DNA of 64,000 nucleotides from Takakia lepidozioides. Lineage: Eukaryota > Plantae > Bryophyta. Below, in pieces: positions 36,950-49,100 of the stretch. The stretch covers positions 48,918,001-48,982,000 of the forward strand of contig CM060732.1 in NCBI GenBank assembly GCA_030704615.1. Direction: 5' to 3'. The position numbers were made by a program, and so were the translations under genes. The notes beneath the pieces are model-generated. The model was not told where the DNA came from and searched no databases. It worked only from the letters and a program-made list of their open reading frames with translations. Every line of letters starts with the position of its first letter. The first letter of the stretch is position 1.

Positions 36950-39430
36950 GGAATTTCCAACGTAGAGGTAAATTCGGAGCGCTGCACGATGGAATTCCGG
37001 CGCCGGATTCCATCCTGCCAGGTAATTCGGAGCGCAGCAGGATGGATATCCGCGCCGAATTTCCATCCGCGGAGGAAGGGCGGCGCTGGAAATTTCCCTC
37101 ACGCAGGTAATTCGGAAGCGTGCGGATGGAAATCGCGGGACGAATTTCCATCCACAAAGGTAGGGCGGCGCGGAAATTTCCCTCACGCAGGTAATTCGGA
37201 AGCGCGCGGATGAAATCGGCGGACGAATTTCCATCCAGCCAGGTAGGGCGGCGCTGGAAATTCCCTCACGCAGGTAGATCGGAAGCGCTCGGATGGAAAT
37301 CCCGCGCCGAATTTCCATCCGGGAGATAGGTCGGCGCGCCGAATTTCCCTCACGCCAGGTAATCGGAAGCGCGCGGATGGAAATCCGGCGCCGAATTTCC
37401 ATCCGCGGAGTAGGGCGGCGCGGTGAAAGTTTCCCTCACGCAGGTAATTCGGAAGCGCGCGGATGGAAATCCGGCGACGAATTTCCATCCGCGGAGGAGG
37501 GCGGCGCTGGAAATTTCCCTCACGCAGGTAATTCGGAAGGCACGGATGGAAATCCGGCGCCAAATTCCATCCGCGCAGGTAGGGCGGTGCGCGCGAATTT
37601 CCATCCTGCGTAATTCGAATCCCGGATGAATGGAATTTCGGCGCCGAATTTCCATCCAGCAGGTAAGTGGAATCTCGGATGGATGGAGATTCGGCGCCGA
37701 ATTTCCATCCTGCAGGTAATTCGAATACCGGATGGATGGAGATTCGGCGCCGAATTTCCATCCTGCAGGTAATTTGAATACCGGATGAATGGAAATTCGG
37801 CGCCGAATTTCCATCAAGCAGGTAAGTCGAATCCCGCATAAATGGAAATTCGGCGCCGAATTTCCATCCAGCAGGTAAGTCCGATCGTGCCGTATGGATA
37901 TTCGGCGCCGAATTTCCATTCGCATGTATTTCTGAGCGAGGAATTACCTTCGTGCAGGTAATTCCCAGATGAGAATTACCTTCGTGCAGGTAATTATGGA
38001 CGAGGAATTAACATCGTTTGGAATTACCTGCAGGAAGGTAATTCTCATTTGGAAATTACCTGCACGAAGGTAATTCTTATATGGGAATTACCTGCACGAA
38101 GGTAATTCCTCGCTCAGAAATACATGGCGAATGGAAATTCGGCGCCGAATATCCATACGGCACCGATCGGACTTACCTGCTGGATGGAAATTCGGCGCCG
38201 AATTTCCATTTATGCGGGATTCGACTTACCTGCTTGATGGAAATTCGGTGCCGAATTTCCATTCATCCGGTATTCGAATTACCTGCAGGATGGAAATTCG
38301 GCGCCGAATCTCCATCCATCCGGTATTCGAATTACCTGCAGGATGGAAATTCGGCGCCGAATCTCCATCCATCCGAGATTCCACTTACCTGCTGGATGGA
38401 AATTCGGCGCCGAATTTCCATCCAGCAGGGATTCGAATTACCTGCAGGATGGAAATTCGGCGCCGAATTTCCATTTATGCGGGATTCGACTTACCTGCTT
38501 GATGGAAATTCGGCGCCGAATTTCCATTCATCCGGTATTCGAATTACCTGCAGGATGGAAATTCGGCGCCGAATCTCCATCCATCCGAGATTCCACTTAC
38601 CTGCTGGATGGAATTTCCATTCATCCGGGATTCGAATTACCTGCAGGATGGAAATTCGGCGCCGAAGTTTCATTATCCGGGATTCCACTACCTGGGATGG
38701 AAATTCGGCGCCGAATCTCCATCCATCCGGGATTCCACTTACCTGCTGGATGGAAATTCGGCGCCGAATTTCCATCCGGGGATGGTCTCTGTCGGAGAGG
38801 TGCCGCCTATCCGCCGCTCTGTTGGATATTCGGTGCCGAATTTCCGTCCCGGGGGTTGAAATATGACGGCCAGGTGCCGACCTCTCCCTTCTCCCCGACT
38901 GCATGGAACGGCCCCGAATTGAAATTCGGCGCCGTTTTCCCATCTGTGGAGGTTTTTATGTCGGCCAGTTTTCGGTCTGACCCCCCGACAAGACTTCCTT
39001 TGGGGGGCCCGGATGGAAATTCGGCGCCGAATCTCCGTCCAGGGGATGTTCTCTGTCGCACACTCGCCGGCCTCTGCGCCCGAGGCGACTTCATCCGGGC
39101 GTCCCCTGTTCGATATTCGGTGCCGAATTTCCGTCCGGGGTTGAAATGTGACGGCCAAGTGCAGGCCACTCCCCCCTCCCCGACTGCTCCGAACCTCCCC
39201 GGATGGAAATTCGGCGCCGTTTTTCCATCTGGGGATGTTTTTATGCCGTCAAGTTTTTCGGCCTGACCCCCCGACACGACTCCCTTTGGGGGGCCCGGAT
39301 GGAAATTCGGCGCCGAATCTCCATCCAGGGGATGTTCTCTATCGCACACACTCCGGCCTCTGCGCCCGAGGCGACTTCATCCGGGCTTCCTCTGTTGGAT
39401 ATTGGGTGCCGAATTTCCATTCGGGGTTAG
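36950..39430. repeat. C2 central array of 30-bp palindrome GGATGGAAATTCGGCGCCGAATTTCCATCC arranged as a large inverted repeat centred near 38025
   Basis: ~53-bp period in the core; 37870-37995 is the reverse complement of 38056-38180 and spacer orientation (GCAGGTAATT vs AATTACCTGC) flips at the centre. Confidence 0.93.
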
Positions 39431-39722
39431 TAATGTGACGGCACGATGCCGGCTTCTCCCCTTCAGCTGTCATCATCCGGACGGCCCCCCACTTTCTGAC
39501 TGCATACCGTTGGCAGTTATTGCGCAAAGACGAGGGGCCGCATTCCGGAGACAAGGTTCATTAACACTCTGACTGTGGATTTTTGAGATAGTTGGCTCCC
39601 TGGATTTGGATCAGGCTTCGTCGCTCGGACAAATCGGCATCGCATTCATTCCCATCGCTGCACCCCCTCTACCAGGGAGCTTCCCCGCACGCCATCCTGG
39701 CAGTCTTGTGTGCACATCTCCC

Positions 39723-42700
39723 ATGGCGGAAAACCCGAGCGCTACAGTGTACTGCCCTCCTCACGAGCATAGAGCTTCATTTCCGTGCAGAGGGGACACC
39801 TGCCGGGTGATGGAGAAATATCTGTGCGTTCGATACCACCTGAAACCGGGGTCGGTTTTTTGGAGGAGGAAAGGAAGGACTCAAACGGCCTTGTTGTCGA
39901 GAGTATTGTTGTGCTCCACGATGATTTCGGCGATGGCAGGGAATGGCGAGTTCCACCATCGGACAGCGTCATATACAGGGCTGTTGGGACTTCATTTGCC
40001 CGCCAAATGCACCGTCTATCCTGGCGCTTTCCACGAAACAATCCGCGAATCAGAGAGTGGGTACCTCAAAGAGAGAAGTCGGCAACGAAGTAAATCCAGA
40101 GCCGAACCCATCCATGAAGACGACCGAGAACCGGGTTGTTCACAACCTGTCCGACTCAGACGAGGTCATGGAAGTTCCGAGGTCGTCCTGGAGATCAGGC
40201 AAGTCCTCAATGGACGTCAGTGGAGGAGGGAGTCATATTCCCAGCACGAGCACCGCAGTTCGATATTCTAGAAATTCTGCGAGGGCTTCACCTGGAGGGA
40301 CACCGGTCGGAGCTGGCCGGGCTGGACTACAGCAAGTTCGCAATTAAATCGGTTACATGCCTTCCCGCCGACGTCGACGGTAATATCTTCTTTGAGTTCC
40401 CTCCTCGGGCGGACTACTCGAGGGCGTCCGGAATGTTGACAGATATGGATAGAAAACATGACGGTCATCCTTGGTGCGTTACCAAAACCACCAGCATGAA
40501 GATGCTTGATGGTGTGCGGGTGCGCTACGTTGTTTATGCGGGCGCGTTGCGGTGTTTCTCCCCAACTTGCTTCCACTTTAAATCCAGAGGTCACAGGAAC
40601 GAGACGGATTGGACAGGCACAGCTCACCAACCATTTCGAGCTCAGGAGAAGGTTCCGAACTCCACATTTAAGTGTGCGCATTGCAAAGAACCACCACACT
40701 GCATGTCTGTTTGTAATGCCAAGCAGTTCTATGTGTTGCACCGTTTCCCTGACCTCACCCGAGCTTGCATACACGTTGGTTCCCATTGTCACAAATTGGC
40801 GAGGGGGAACTCGCGAGAGGCTGCCCACGAAGCAGAGCAGCTCGTTCAGGAGGAGGTTAATTTGAGACCGGGTGCCAAACCCAAACAGATACAGCTCCAA
40901 GCCGCCCATAAGATGGCATTGGCCAGAATTATGTCGGAAGACGGCTCCGATAGAGTTCCTCTCGACGAGAAGGAAATGGAGGCATTGCTGGAGTCGGTGT
41001 CCCACGTATGTTCACCGAATGTCCGAAACCACATTGTCTCATGCAAACAGAAAATTGGGCGTGGCTCGGATATGCACTCCGTTCTGGAGGTGAAGCGACG
41101 ATGTGGATATGACTACATTCATGGAAGTAGGTTTCCAGGACAAGGGACTGAGGCAGATCGTTGTTTCGTATTCAAAATGTCCACGTGTGGACCTGGCAGT
41201 GGCGTCGAACTGGTCGACAGGATGACGAGTGGGAACTTGTCAAACAGTTGGGTCATGTTCGACCATATCAAGCGAATTACAAATCACCAGTGGGTGACAA
41301 TGGGTGCACATGTCTACGACACCCACTGCAGGATACTAATGACAATTGCTATTTGTGAGATGAAAGGAAAGGACACACAATCGGAGATGCTTCTTTGGCA
41401 GGGAATAAACGAACAGATGGCCAAGGCGGGATTGCCCCCTCCCAATTTCCGTGGTTTCATGGCGGACAACACACAAGCAAATTGGGCTGCCATCCGAAGG
41501 GTGTACGGGCAAGACCCCAATGTTCCCATGGAAGGCAAGGAGAGATCTTGTGGGTTCCATTTTCTGCAGAGCCTTTCGCAGTACACAACCAGGCTCGTGG
41601 CGCCAGATTTCAGAGAGGAGCACCGTTCCATGTGCCTTGCGTGGAAGCGCGCTCCCACCTTGGATGATGCAGAGACACAGTTTGCATGCATACGGGCTTG
41701 GTGGACATCGTCAGGTGCTGTAAGGAAATCAGACGAAGGAGCAATGGTCAGTTGGCTAGCATGGTGGCATTATCGTTTCCTCCAGTTCGGCGACTATATG
41801 CGGGAGGTGAGTTGCACGAATTCGCGTCCCGTTGGATATTATTCTTGGCCATATTTGTAACTTGCTTGTAACCTGAACATGTGCTTGTGCAGGAAATGTG
41901 TCTCGACTCCGACACCGACATGCCCACGACAAACATGGCCGAATCAGTGCACTCTTCCTGGCGTGCCTCCTGATCTGGTGGACATCCTCACTGCCACAAC
42001 GGAGGACATTGTGAGGTCAATTATGCAGCAATGCAGGTACAATGAGTTCTTGAAAGGGAAACAGTGGGGCTTGGGGCCGGACAGGCAGGAAATGTTGATG
42101 CGGACTGCTTCCAGATCGAAGAATCCTCGGAAGTGGGCGGCGGCCTTGCGAGAGGGCCTTCGGGACACGCCATTGCTGCGAAGAGGCCAACATTTGGAAG
42201 GAGATGTTCATACCCGTCCAGTGAGACGAAGACTTGACGAGGCACCTGGCGGAGAAGAGGATTCATGGCGAGCTGACAAGAATATTCGCACGCTCCCTCG
42301 TGGTCCGGTGATGTTGTCCGAGGAGGTCTCGTCGAGCACCGGAAGTCCTGCACGTTCAAGATCGCCATCTCCTTTGAGCACAGGGCGCGTGCCCCGGCAA
42401 CATAACGAGCCATCTGTAGTAAAGCATTCCCATTGTGGAGACAAGAGTGTCGGAGTCACAGTGGAGAATTGCGAGGACATTGCCGGCATTTCGAGGAAGT
42501 GCTGCGCCATCCGGGTGGATACGAGAGCACGCTGTGGTGAGATGATTCGGAGGAACCCACACGGTGCTGTACCTGCACCTTGTTTCAGCGGCAGATTTTT
42601 GACTCCCACATTTGCTCACGCCACAACGCAGACATTTTGGTTCTGTAGGCACGACATAATGACCTATGTATTTGGCAAGCCCAAGTACGGGATTCAGGGA

Positions 42701-43294
42701 ATGCCGGAGCCTCCGGGCGTCTGGCCTGTTGCACCGGGTTGCAGCCTCTCTCAGAATGAGGCGGATGCTCTATCTGCAGTAGGATTTCGAATGGTGCAAC
42801 GCACAGACATCCCGGCCCACGCATTTCCGGTTCCTCAGACCCAGCCATTGCAGACTGCTCGGTCCAGTAGAGACGGATTGGACAATTCTGCACATCCCAC
42901 AATGCGATTCGGAAGAGTGAAGAGACGACACCCTCCCAACAAGTTGAATGAGACTCGGATTGCCAATGCTCTTGGGATGGCTTGCACTATTCAGAGCTCC
43001 GTGGACGTACCCCCACCCGGCCTTGGGCGTGTGTATCGGATGGCAACGGCCGGCTCGGCTGTACGCGACGATGTATACACAATTACGATTGGAGTGGAGC
43101 CGACTTGCAACTGTACGGACTTCTCGTTGATGGAAGCAAAGAAGGGTTCGAAGTATTATCCGTGCAAGCATCTGTATTACATTTACCTGAAGAGGTTGAG
43201 GATGAACGTGACTATTGATGACTTTATTCATGCACTGGCGTTGAGCGTGAACGAGCTGCACAAACTCCTCCTTAGGGATTCCAGAAATCATTGA
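39723..43294 (+). pseudogene. Mutator-like DDE transposase with GCM-like zinc domain and SWIM finger; intron 41807-41892; a few frameshifts; start approximate
   Basis: DGHPW..ALRC..C..CAHC..C..IHVGSHCH (GCM-like); VMFDH, FMAD, CGFH, TTNMAESVH (D, D, CxxH, E); CNC..YPCKH (SWIM). A phase-0 GT..AG intron joins YMRE to EMCLD. Confidence 0.85.
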
Positions 43295-43449
43295 TGGGGC
43301 AAAGGGAATCCTCCATATGGATATTTTCAAATGCATTTTGCTGTATCGGATTTTTTTTTGCAGTGTAATGAAATGCACCCCAAAACTCCTGGAATGAGGC
43401 AATATTCCATTCAAACTGAGATCCAACAGAAGCAGTTGTGGGGCCATTT

Positions 43450-43810
43450 CTGGAAAAATGGCGCCGAATTTCTCTTTATGGGGCCGAAAACTCGCTAAGT
43501 CCCAACATGCACTGGTACCTGTGTTTGGGAAAATGGCGCCGAATTTCTCTTTTTGGGGCCGAAAACTGGCTAAGTCCCAACATGCACTGGTACCGTGTCT
43601 GGAAAAATGGCGCCGAATTTCTCTTTTTTGGGCCGAAAACTGGCTAAGTCCCAACATGCACTGGAAAAATGGCGCCAAATTACCTCTCATGAGGGGACCT
43701 ATAGCCGCGGAATTCGGCACCATTTTTCGCCAGAGAGACCTATTGCCGCGAAATACGTCGCCGTTTTTTCAGGTTACGGACCCTATTACCGCGAAATTCG
43801 GCGCCATATT
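43450..43810 (+). repeat. C2 subterminal tandem repeats (~60-78 bp)
   Basis: GGAAAAATGGCGCCGAATTTCTCTTTT..CTGGCTAAGTCCCAACATGCACTGG, 3-4 copies; also at ~61458-61760. Confidence 0.88.
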
Positions 43811-44045
43811 TGCACATGTCGCTGGGAATTGGCATGAGCGGAAGACGAAATATCATGAGCACAACTGTCAAAAGTGCAATTTTCCCTTGAAGGGGCCGAA
43901 TAATATATTTGTTTTTCCTGACACATTGCATTAAATTATTGTTTTTTATTGTTTTTTATTCTCGAAATTTGTACTTCTGCTCATGAAAACTGATTGTGTT
44001 ACTACTCTGCTCATGCCGCTCATGCTCATGAAATAGCAAACCTCC

Positions 44046-45078
44046 CTGTCGCCAGCGAAAGGGGATCATTTCAGTCTTCCAGATAAGGTTAAAGAGGAGA
44101 ACTAGGGCCTCTATCATGGGATCGCCACCGTGCTTGATAAGCTCGTTGACAATACCATCAAGTCCACCAGCTTTATATCCATTTAAATGTTCAATTGCTT
44201 CCACAATCTCAGAAGAACTAATGGGAGAGTTATAAGCCATTGAAATATACTCCAGTTCATCAGGGCTGTTTTGAATCATAGGAACAATTTTTCCAACTGC
44301 GTCCCTCCATTCAGTAGAAGACCCCTCATTGTTAGACCTAGAAGTTCTGCCAAGGATACTGTAGTGATTTTCAAAGGTTTTGACAATGTCAACCGATGAA
44401 GTCACCACTGCACCTTTAGTAGTCTTCAGCGCTTGTACTTGCGGACCGTTTTTAGGCTTGTACAAACGTTGAAGGGCCAACCAGAATTTCTTGTCATTAC
44501 CACCATGGTGGTTTGAGTTTATTTCACTGTATAACTTATCCCAGTATAATTTCTTCTGAGACCTAACAAGCTGATTGATATCTTTCCAGAGCTGATAGTA
44601 CCTCGCCCACAATTCTCTGTTGGTTTTCAAATTGCAGCACTCTTTATAGAGGGCTCGTCTCTCAACTATCTTGAGTTTGTTCTCATTGGTCCACCAATTA
44701 ATAGCTCTACCGCAGACAATTAGTTTCCTCCCAATGATCTTGTCAGCCACGGAGGAGACGAAACTCTCCCAAGAGTCCACTGCTCTTTCGACTTCATTTC
44801 TTGCGTTGTTAGAGCGAGACTGAAGTTCTTGGAGCGATTGGACAAAATGAGGGAGAGCCTCTTGCAAGGCCTGGACGTACTCAGCCTTGACCTCCTCATT
44901 ATGGAATTTTTCTATGCGCCACTTCCGAATCGAACGTTTCACAGATCTCTTGGTGTTGGGAAAACACCTTTTGATCTCAGTCCAAACCAGGAAGTGGTCA
45001 GAGGTACCAATACCAGTTCTGTCGATCAACACATTGGCACACTGGGGAAACAAATTTTTGTCCATTATGATATAGTCC
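44046..45078 (-). mobile_element. LINE ORF2 5' part (endonuclease C-terminus to RT start)
   Basis: GTSDHFLVW, KAGGLDGIVNELIKHGG, LFNLIW..IPFRWRQG in ORF 43956-45065; continues at 30231. Confidence 0.9.
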
Positions 45079-46094
45079 TGTCGAACGGCTTTTACTCACC
45101 CATCCCTTCGCTATCGGAGGTGGGAACTCCAAGATAGAAGAGTTGGAAATCTCTAAGCACTCAGCCCGCTCAGAACAATCAGTCATGACCTACAGCTAGT
45201 GTATCATGGGGGTGTTTCCTATTTGTATTCCTTCCCGTATTCATGCTAGCTAGTTACCTTACTGTTGGTATTTAAGTATCAGATTGCTTCAGCAATCTAT
45301 CGGATTCCATCAACTCATCCATTCATTCCACAGCTTCACTCAGATCTCTCTACACAGGGTGAGTATGAAGTATGTATCAGATTAATATCTATCAAGTATC
45401 AGGCTGAAGCCATGGAGTCTCTAATCTGCTCTACATTACAACTCTACTGCTTGCATTCATCAAGCATCAACAGATCGTTCTCCTCCTACTCCGTGCTCTC
45501 CCTCTTTCTACTCAGAGATGCGCTCTCCGCTTCAGTTCCCCCCAGTGATGCCAGAAGTCCTCCAAGAAGTAGTGATCCCCCAAGAAGTGATCCCCCCAGA
45601 AGTGATCCCCCCTTCTCGCTTTATCTATTTACAAGCCGTTCTAACCGCTTTCCTAACTAATCGTTATCTCTATAGTACACGTTCCTTTTTCAGATGTCGT
45701 TCCCTCACAGTCGTTCCCTGCCAATGGTAACTGTTCCCCAGCTGTGCCGAGCTGTGACTGGCTGTATCAGGCTGTGGCGGGCTGTGACTGGCTGTGTCGG
45801 ACTGTGTAGGGCTGTGCGAAGCTGTGGCGGCTATGTCGGGCTGTGTTGGGCTGTGTCGACTGTGCGAAGCTGTGACGGCTGTGTCTGACTGTGTCGGCTG
45901 TGTTGGACTGTGACGGGCTGTGACGGCTGTGACGGCTGTGTCGGGCTGTGATGGACTGTGTTGGGCTGTGTATCTCCCCCCCTAAAGCCTGTTGCCGTCA
46001 CCCCTAAGGCTCCTGTTGGTCTCAGTCTGTATAAAAATTAAGGGTACCCCACAGATCCCGTAAAAGCGTCTAAGTCCCAAGCAGCCCTCTAACA
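45079..46094 (-). repeat. Gypsy-B 3' LTR
   Basis: TGTTAGAG...CGACA; matches 51917-52919. Confidence 0.9.
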
Positions 46095-46126
46095 TTTACC
46101 CCTCCTCCTCTCAAAAAGTTGTGTCC

Positions 46127-49100
46127 TCACGGTTTACTGTTGGGGATTTGGAAACCTTTGTGAGCGCTACCCTTCTGACGGTTAGAGTCTCGTGAAGGAC
46201 TCATTGTGCGAGCTCGAGTCATGTCACTGGTTGACGGAGATGATTGAACACTACCTGGAAATGTCAGTCCCTCCTTTGGCTGATATCGAGGTATAGGAGA
46301 CCCCCGTCGCTTCTTTTCTGCCATCTGAATTGCATAGTCCTCTGCCATGTCAAAAGAGTCCACTGAAGAAATAGTAGTATCAGAATCCTCGTCCCCCCTG
46401 AGGTGTTTTAACGGTCGAACTCTAACTGGAATTCTCTGGGGCATACAATGTTGTCCCACCATGTCTGGAAGTTTAAACTGCAAAACTTGCTCTAAGCGCT
46501 GAATGGCAAAATTGGTGAAGACCCTGAACTCATTGTCTGTCCAGGTGAGTGGTGTACCAATGACTTGTGAATTATGCAAGTTTTTCCATGCCTCATGGCC
46601 CTTAAAGAAAATATCGTCAGGCCCAAATTTTTGTGTTGACAAATTGTTCCAGGCCGCATGAAACCATGAACGAAGTTAGGAGTCCTTTTGCATCATCACC
46701 TTTGCATCATAGAGGTACATATGAGGTGGCACTGAAGGTAAGACCCAATGATCCCCACTGGAATAACTCAGAAAGCGCGATTGCATCTTCTGCTGCTCAA
46801 TGTGATAACGTGCCAGAAAACAAGCAGCATAGTATAACCCGCAGCCCATGACAATACTTGCTACCTCCTTGGTCTTGGTATAAATGTACCCATGTACAAC
46901 TTGGAAGGCAATTAATTCCTTCAACATGGTACTTGCCTCATGCCAGTACCTCGCAAAGTGATAATCCTCAATGGGTCGATTGTTCGGAAGAACCTTATTC
47001 CTAGTTGCCACTGGCAGCCAAATGCGCATGATCTAGTAGTAATGTGCCAACGACTGTGGAGGACTAAATTCCTTCCAAGCTAAATCCAACACAATGGGAA
47101 TTTGGTTGAAGGGCATAATCATAGCCCGACTGTACTCCCGTGCAGCATGAGTTTTAGGTGGGTTAAAAGCAGCATCCCCCCATACCTCAGGCTGTGGTGG
47201 CTGTGGTGTGGCTGTAGTAACAACAGGGTCAACTACTGTCACAGTGACTTGTTGTGGTGTTGGTGGCACTGGCTCTTGTACCACTGGCATCTCCTGCACC
47301 CCCTGCGAAGAAGACTGAAAAGCCAAAGTTCTGGCTTGTAAATAAGTAGCCATCAGCTGCTCCTCAGCTACAAAGGCTCTCTTGTCGATATTTGAAGTGA
47401 GGTCCTCCACCTGAGTCTGCAAGCCGTCTACATCCTCCTGTAACTCCGCTATCCTACTATAGACATTGTCTATAGTAGTTGTGGCAATGTTCTGCACTTG
47501 CAGTCTGAGCTCATTCATCTCGCCTTGGGTGAGCTTCCGTGGTGCTTTGCCTTCCACCGGCCCGTGTGCTTACCAGACCTGCATAAAGTGGTTATCCACC
47601 AAGTTGCTTATGGTACCCCTGAGAGTCTGCTCCTCTGTGAGCTTGTACACATCTATCTGCTACTGTAAAGCCTCCATGCGCTTTGCATGAGGTTCAACCA
47701 AACTCGCATATGCAGCAGCCAGATTATTAGCTTCCTTCCAAGCCTTGTTAGCCACAGAGAGTTCATTTCTATTGGACATGAGCGTTTGTTGCAATTCCAG
47801 GATGTACCTCTCCTGGTCAGCTTCAACCTGCCTGTTTTGCTTGAAAGTATTCTTGTTGTGACAGATTGTATTCTTCATATCAATAATGAGTTTCGTCTGC
47901 TCGAGATTATCAGCCTGTGCCTTCATACATCTTTCCGCTTGGTTGTTAACTTCTAATGTAGTTTGCTCAAGCGTAGTTGTGAGTGTAGCACATTGTATGG
48001 TCATCCTGTCATGCACTGTCTGCAACTCTGTATGTAGTACATTCACTTCTTGCAACTTGCTTTCATGCTTCACCTGCATTTGGTATAGCTGTTGCTTATG
48101 TGCTTCGTGCAACTGGTCCTGCGCGAGGCCTGCTTCAATCAAATGTTCCTTGGCCAACTGCAAAGCAACTGTTGTATCCTCTAATTCTTGCTGTAATTTG
48201 AGAGTGACCTCCTCATCGACCTTGTTTGCACACTCAGTGGCAAGTCGAGCCTCAAACTCCTTCCTGAGTTCCTCCCTCAAAGCTGCCAATTGGGTAGTTG
48301 GAACATGGGATTTGACATAAGTGCCCAACAAATTAAGTGTTCTGCTTATGGAACTCATAAGCATGGCCTGTTGAGGGTCATCATGGTGAGCTTACTGCTA
48401 TTCTCCCTGATCCTCAATAGTGTGATGCCTCACGAACCATTCAGACCATTGCCCCACCAGATTTTCTTCCTGAACCACCTCATCCGCTACAGGTGCTGCA
48501 TTGTCTTGACATTCTACCTGTGGTACCTCCGTCAGAGGTGTGGGTATTACAACAATGGCAGGGTTTCCCCTGGACAACCGCTGTACCTCCGGAATCACTG
48601 TTTCCCTGACCAAATCAGAATTTTCATAGAGAAGGTCCCCCTTCTCAATTTCTGCCACCACCTGTTCTGTAGTGGGGATATCTAACCCTTCTTTCTCCAA
48701 ATCAATTATTTGTGGTGGAACTACATGGAGAACTTGTGGTAACTCTGTGACAATCCGATCATCTGGCTGTGATGGCTGTGATACTGAAGTAACCTCCTGT
48801 TCTCTCTCCACAGGTTGCGTTGTTTGTACCCACATCTCTATGTGCTGCTGTGCCCCCTCTTGCACAAAAGTATGAGTAACTTCTTCCTCTGGCTGTCTCC
48901 TAGCCAATGGTTCTGCTTCTAATGTGATTGCTTTCCTCTGCCTCTTAGGCTATTGATGCTCTGCCAATCCCCCTTCACCCTGTGAAGAACCTTGCTTTTC
49001 TATGGCAGTGGTTGCTGTCTCAAACACTCCCATCTCCTTCCTTTCTCTCGCATCAAGTATGCACGAGTCTAGAATAATTTGTGCAATGATTGGCCAGACA

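Larger units (their letters stand above)
30232..44045 (+). mobile_element. Large TIR DNA transposon, subfamily C2 copy 1, full length (~13.8 kb)
   Basis: Left end G(C)GGGGCTGCTATTTTCATGAGCGGCATGAGC, right end GCTCATGAAATAGCAAACCTCC; CTGTC duplicated at 30227-30231 and 44046-44050; the LINE reading frame (..RWRQG|VM..KKGDREEPGNY) rejoins across it. Confidence 0.93.

Noticed and set aside
37600-38780. CRISPR-like look: 30-bp palindromic repeats with ~23-nt spacers
   Set aside because: Spacers are variants of one another, the array is mirrored, there are no cas genes, and the context is a eukaryotic TE.
36800-39560. Many 100-300 aa ORFs with MEIRRRISI / DGNSAPNFH repeats (also 23700-26800 and 56500-59500)
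   Set aside because: Translations of stop-poor palindromic repeats, open on both strands and in all frames.
42770-43723. 317-aa antisense ORF over the transposase 3' end
   Set aside because: Shadow of the coding strand plus subterminal repeats; broken in copy 2.
30232-44045. Prokaryotic contaminant, plasmid or prophage (ParB plus methyltransferase)
   Set aside because: Spliceosomal introns, TIR/TSD junctions inside plant retroelements, and multiple copies.
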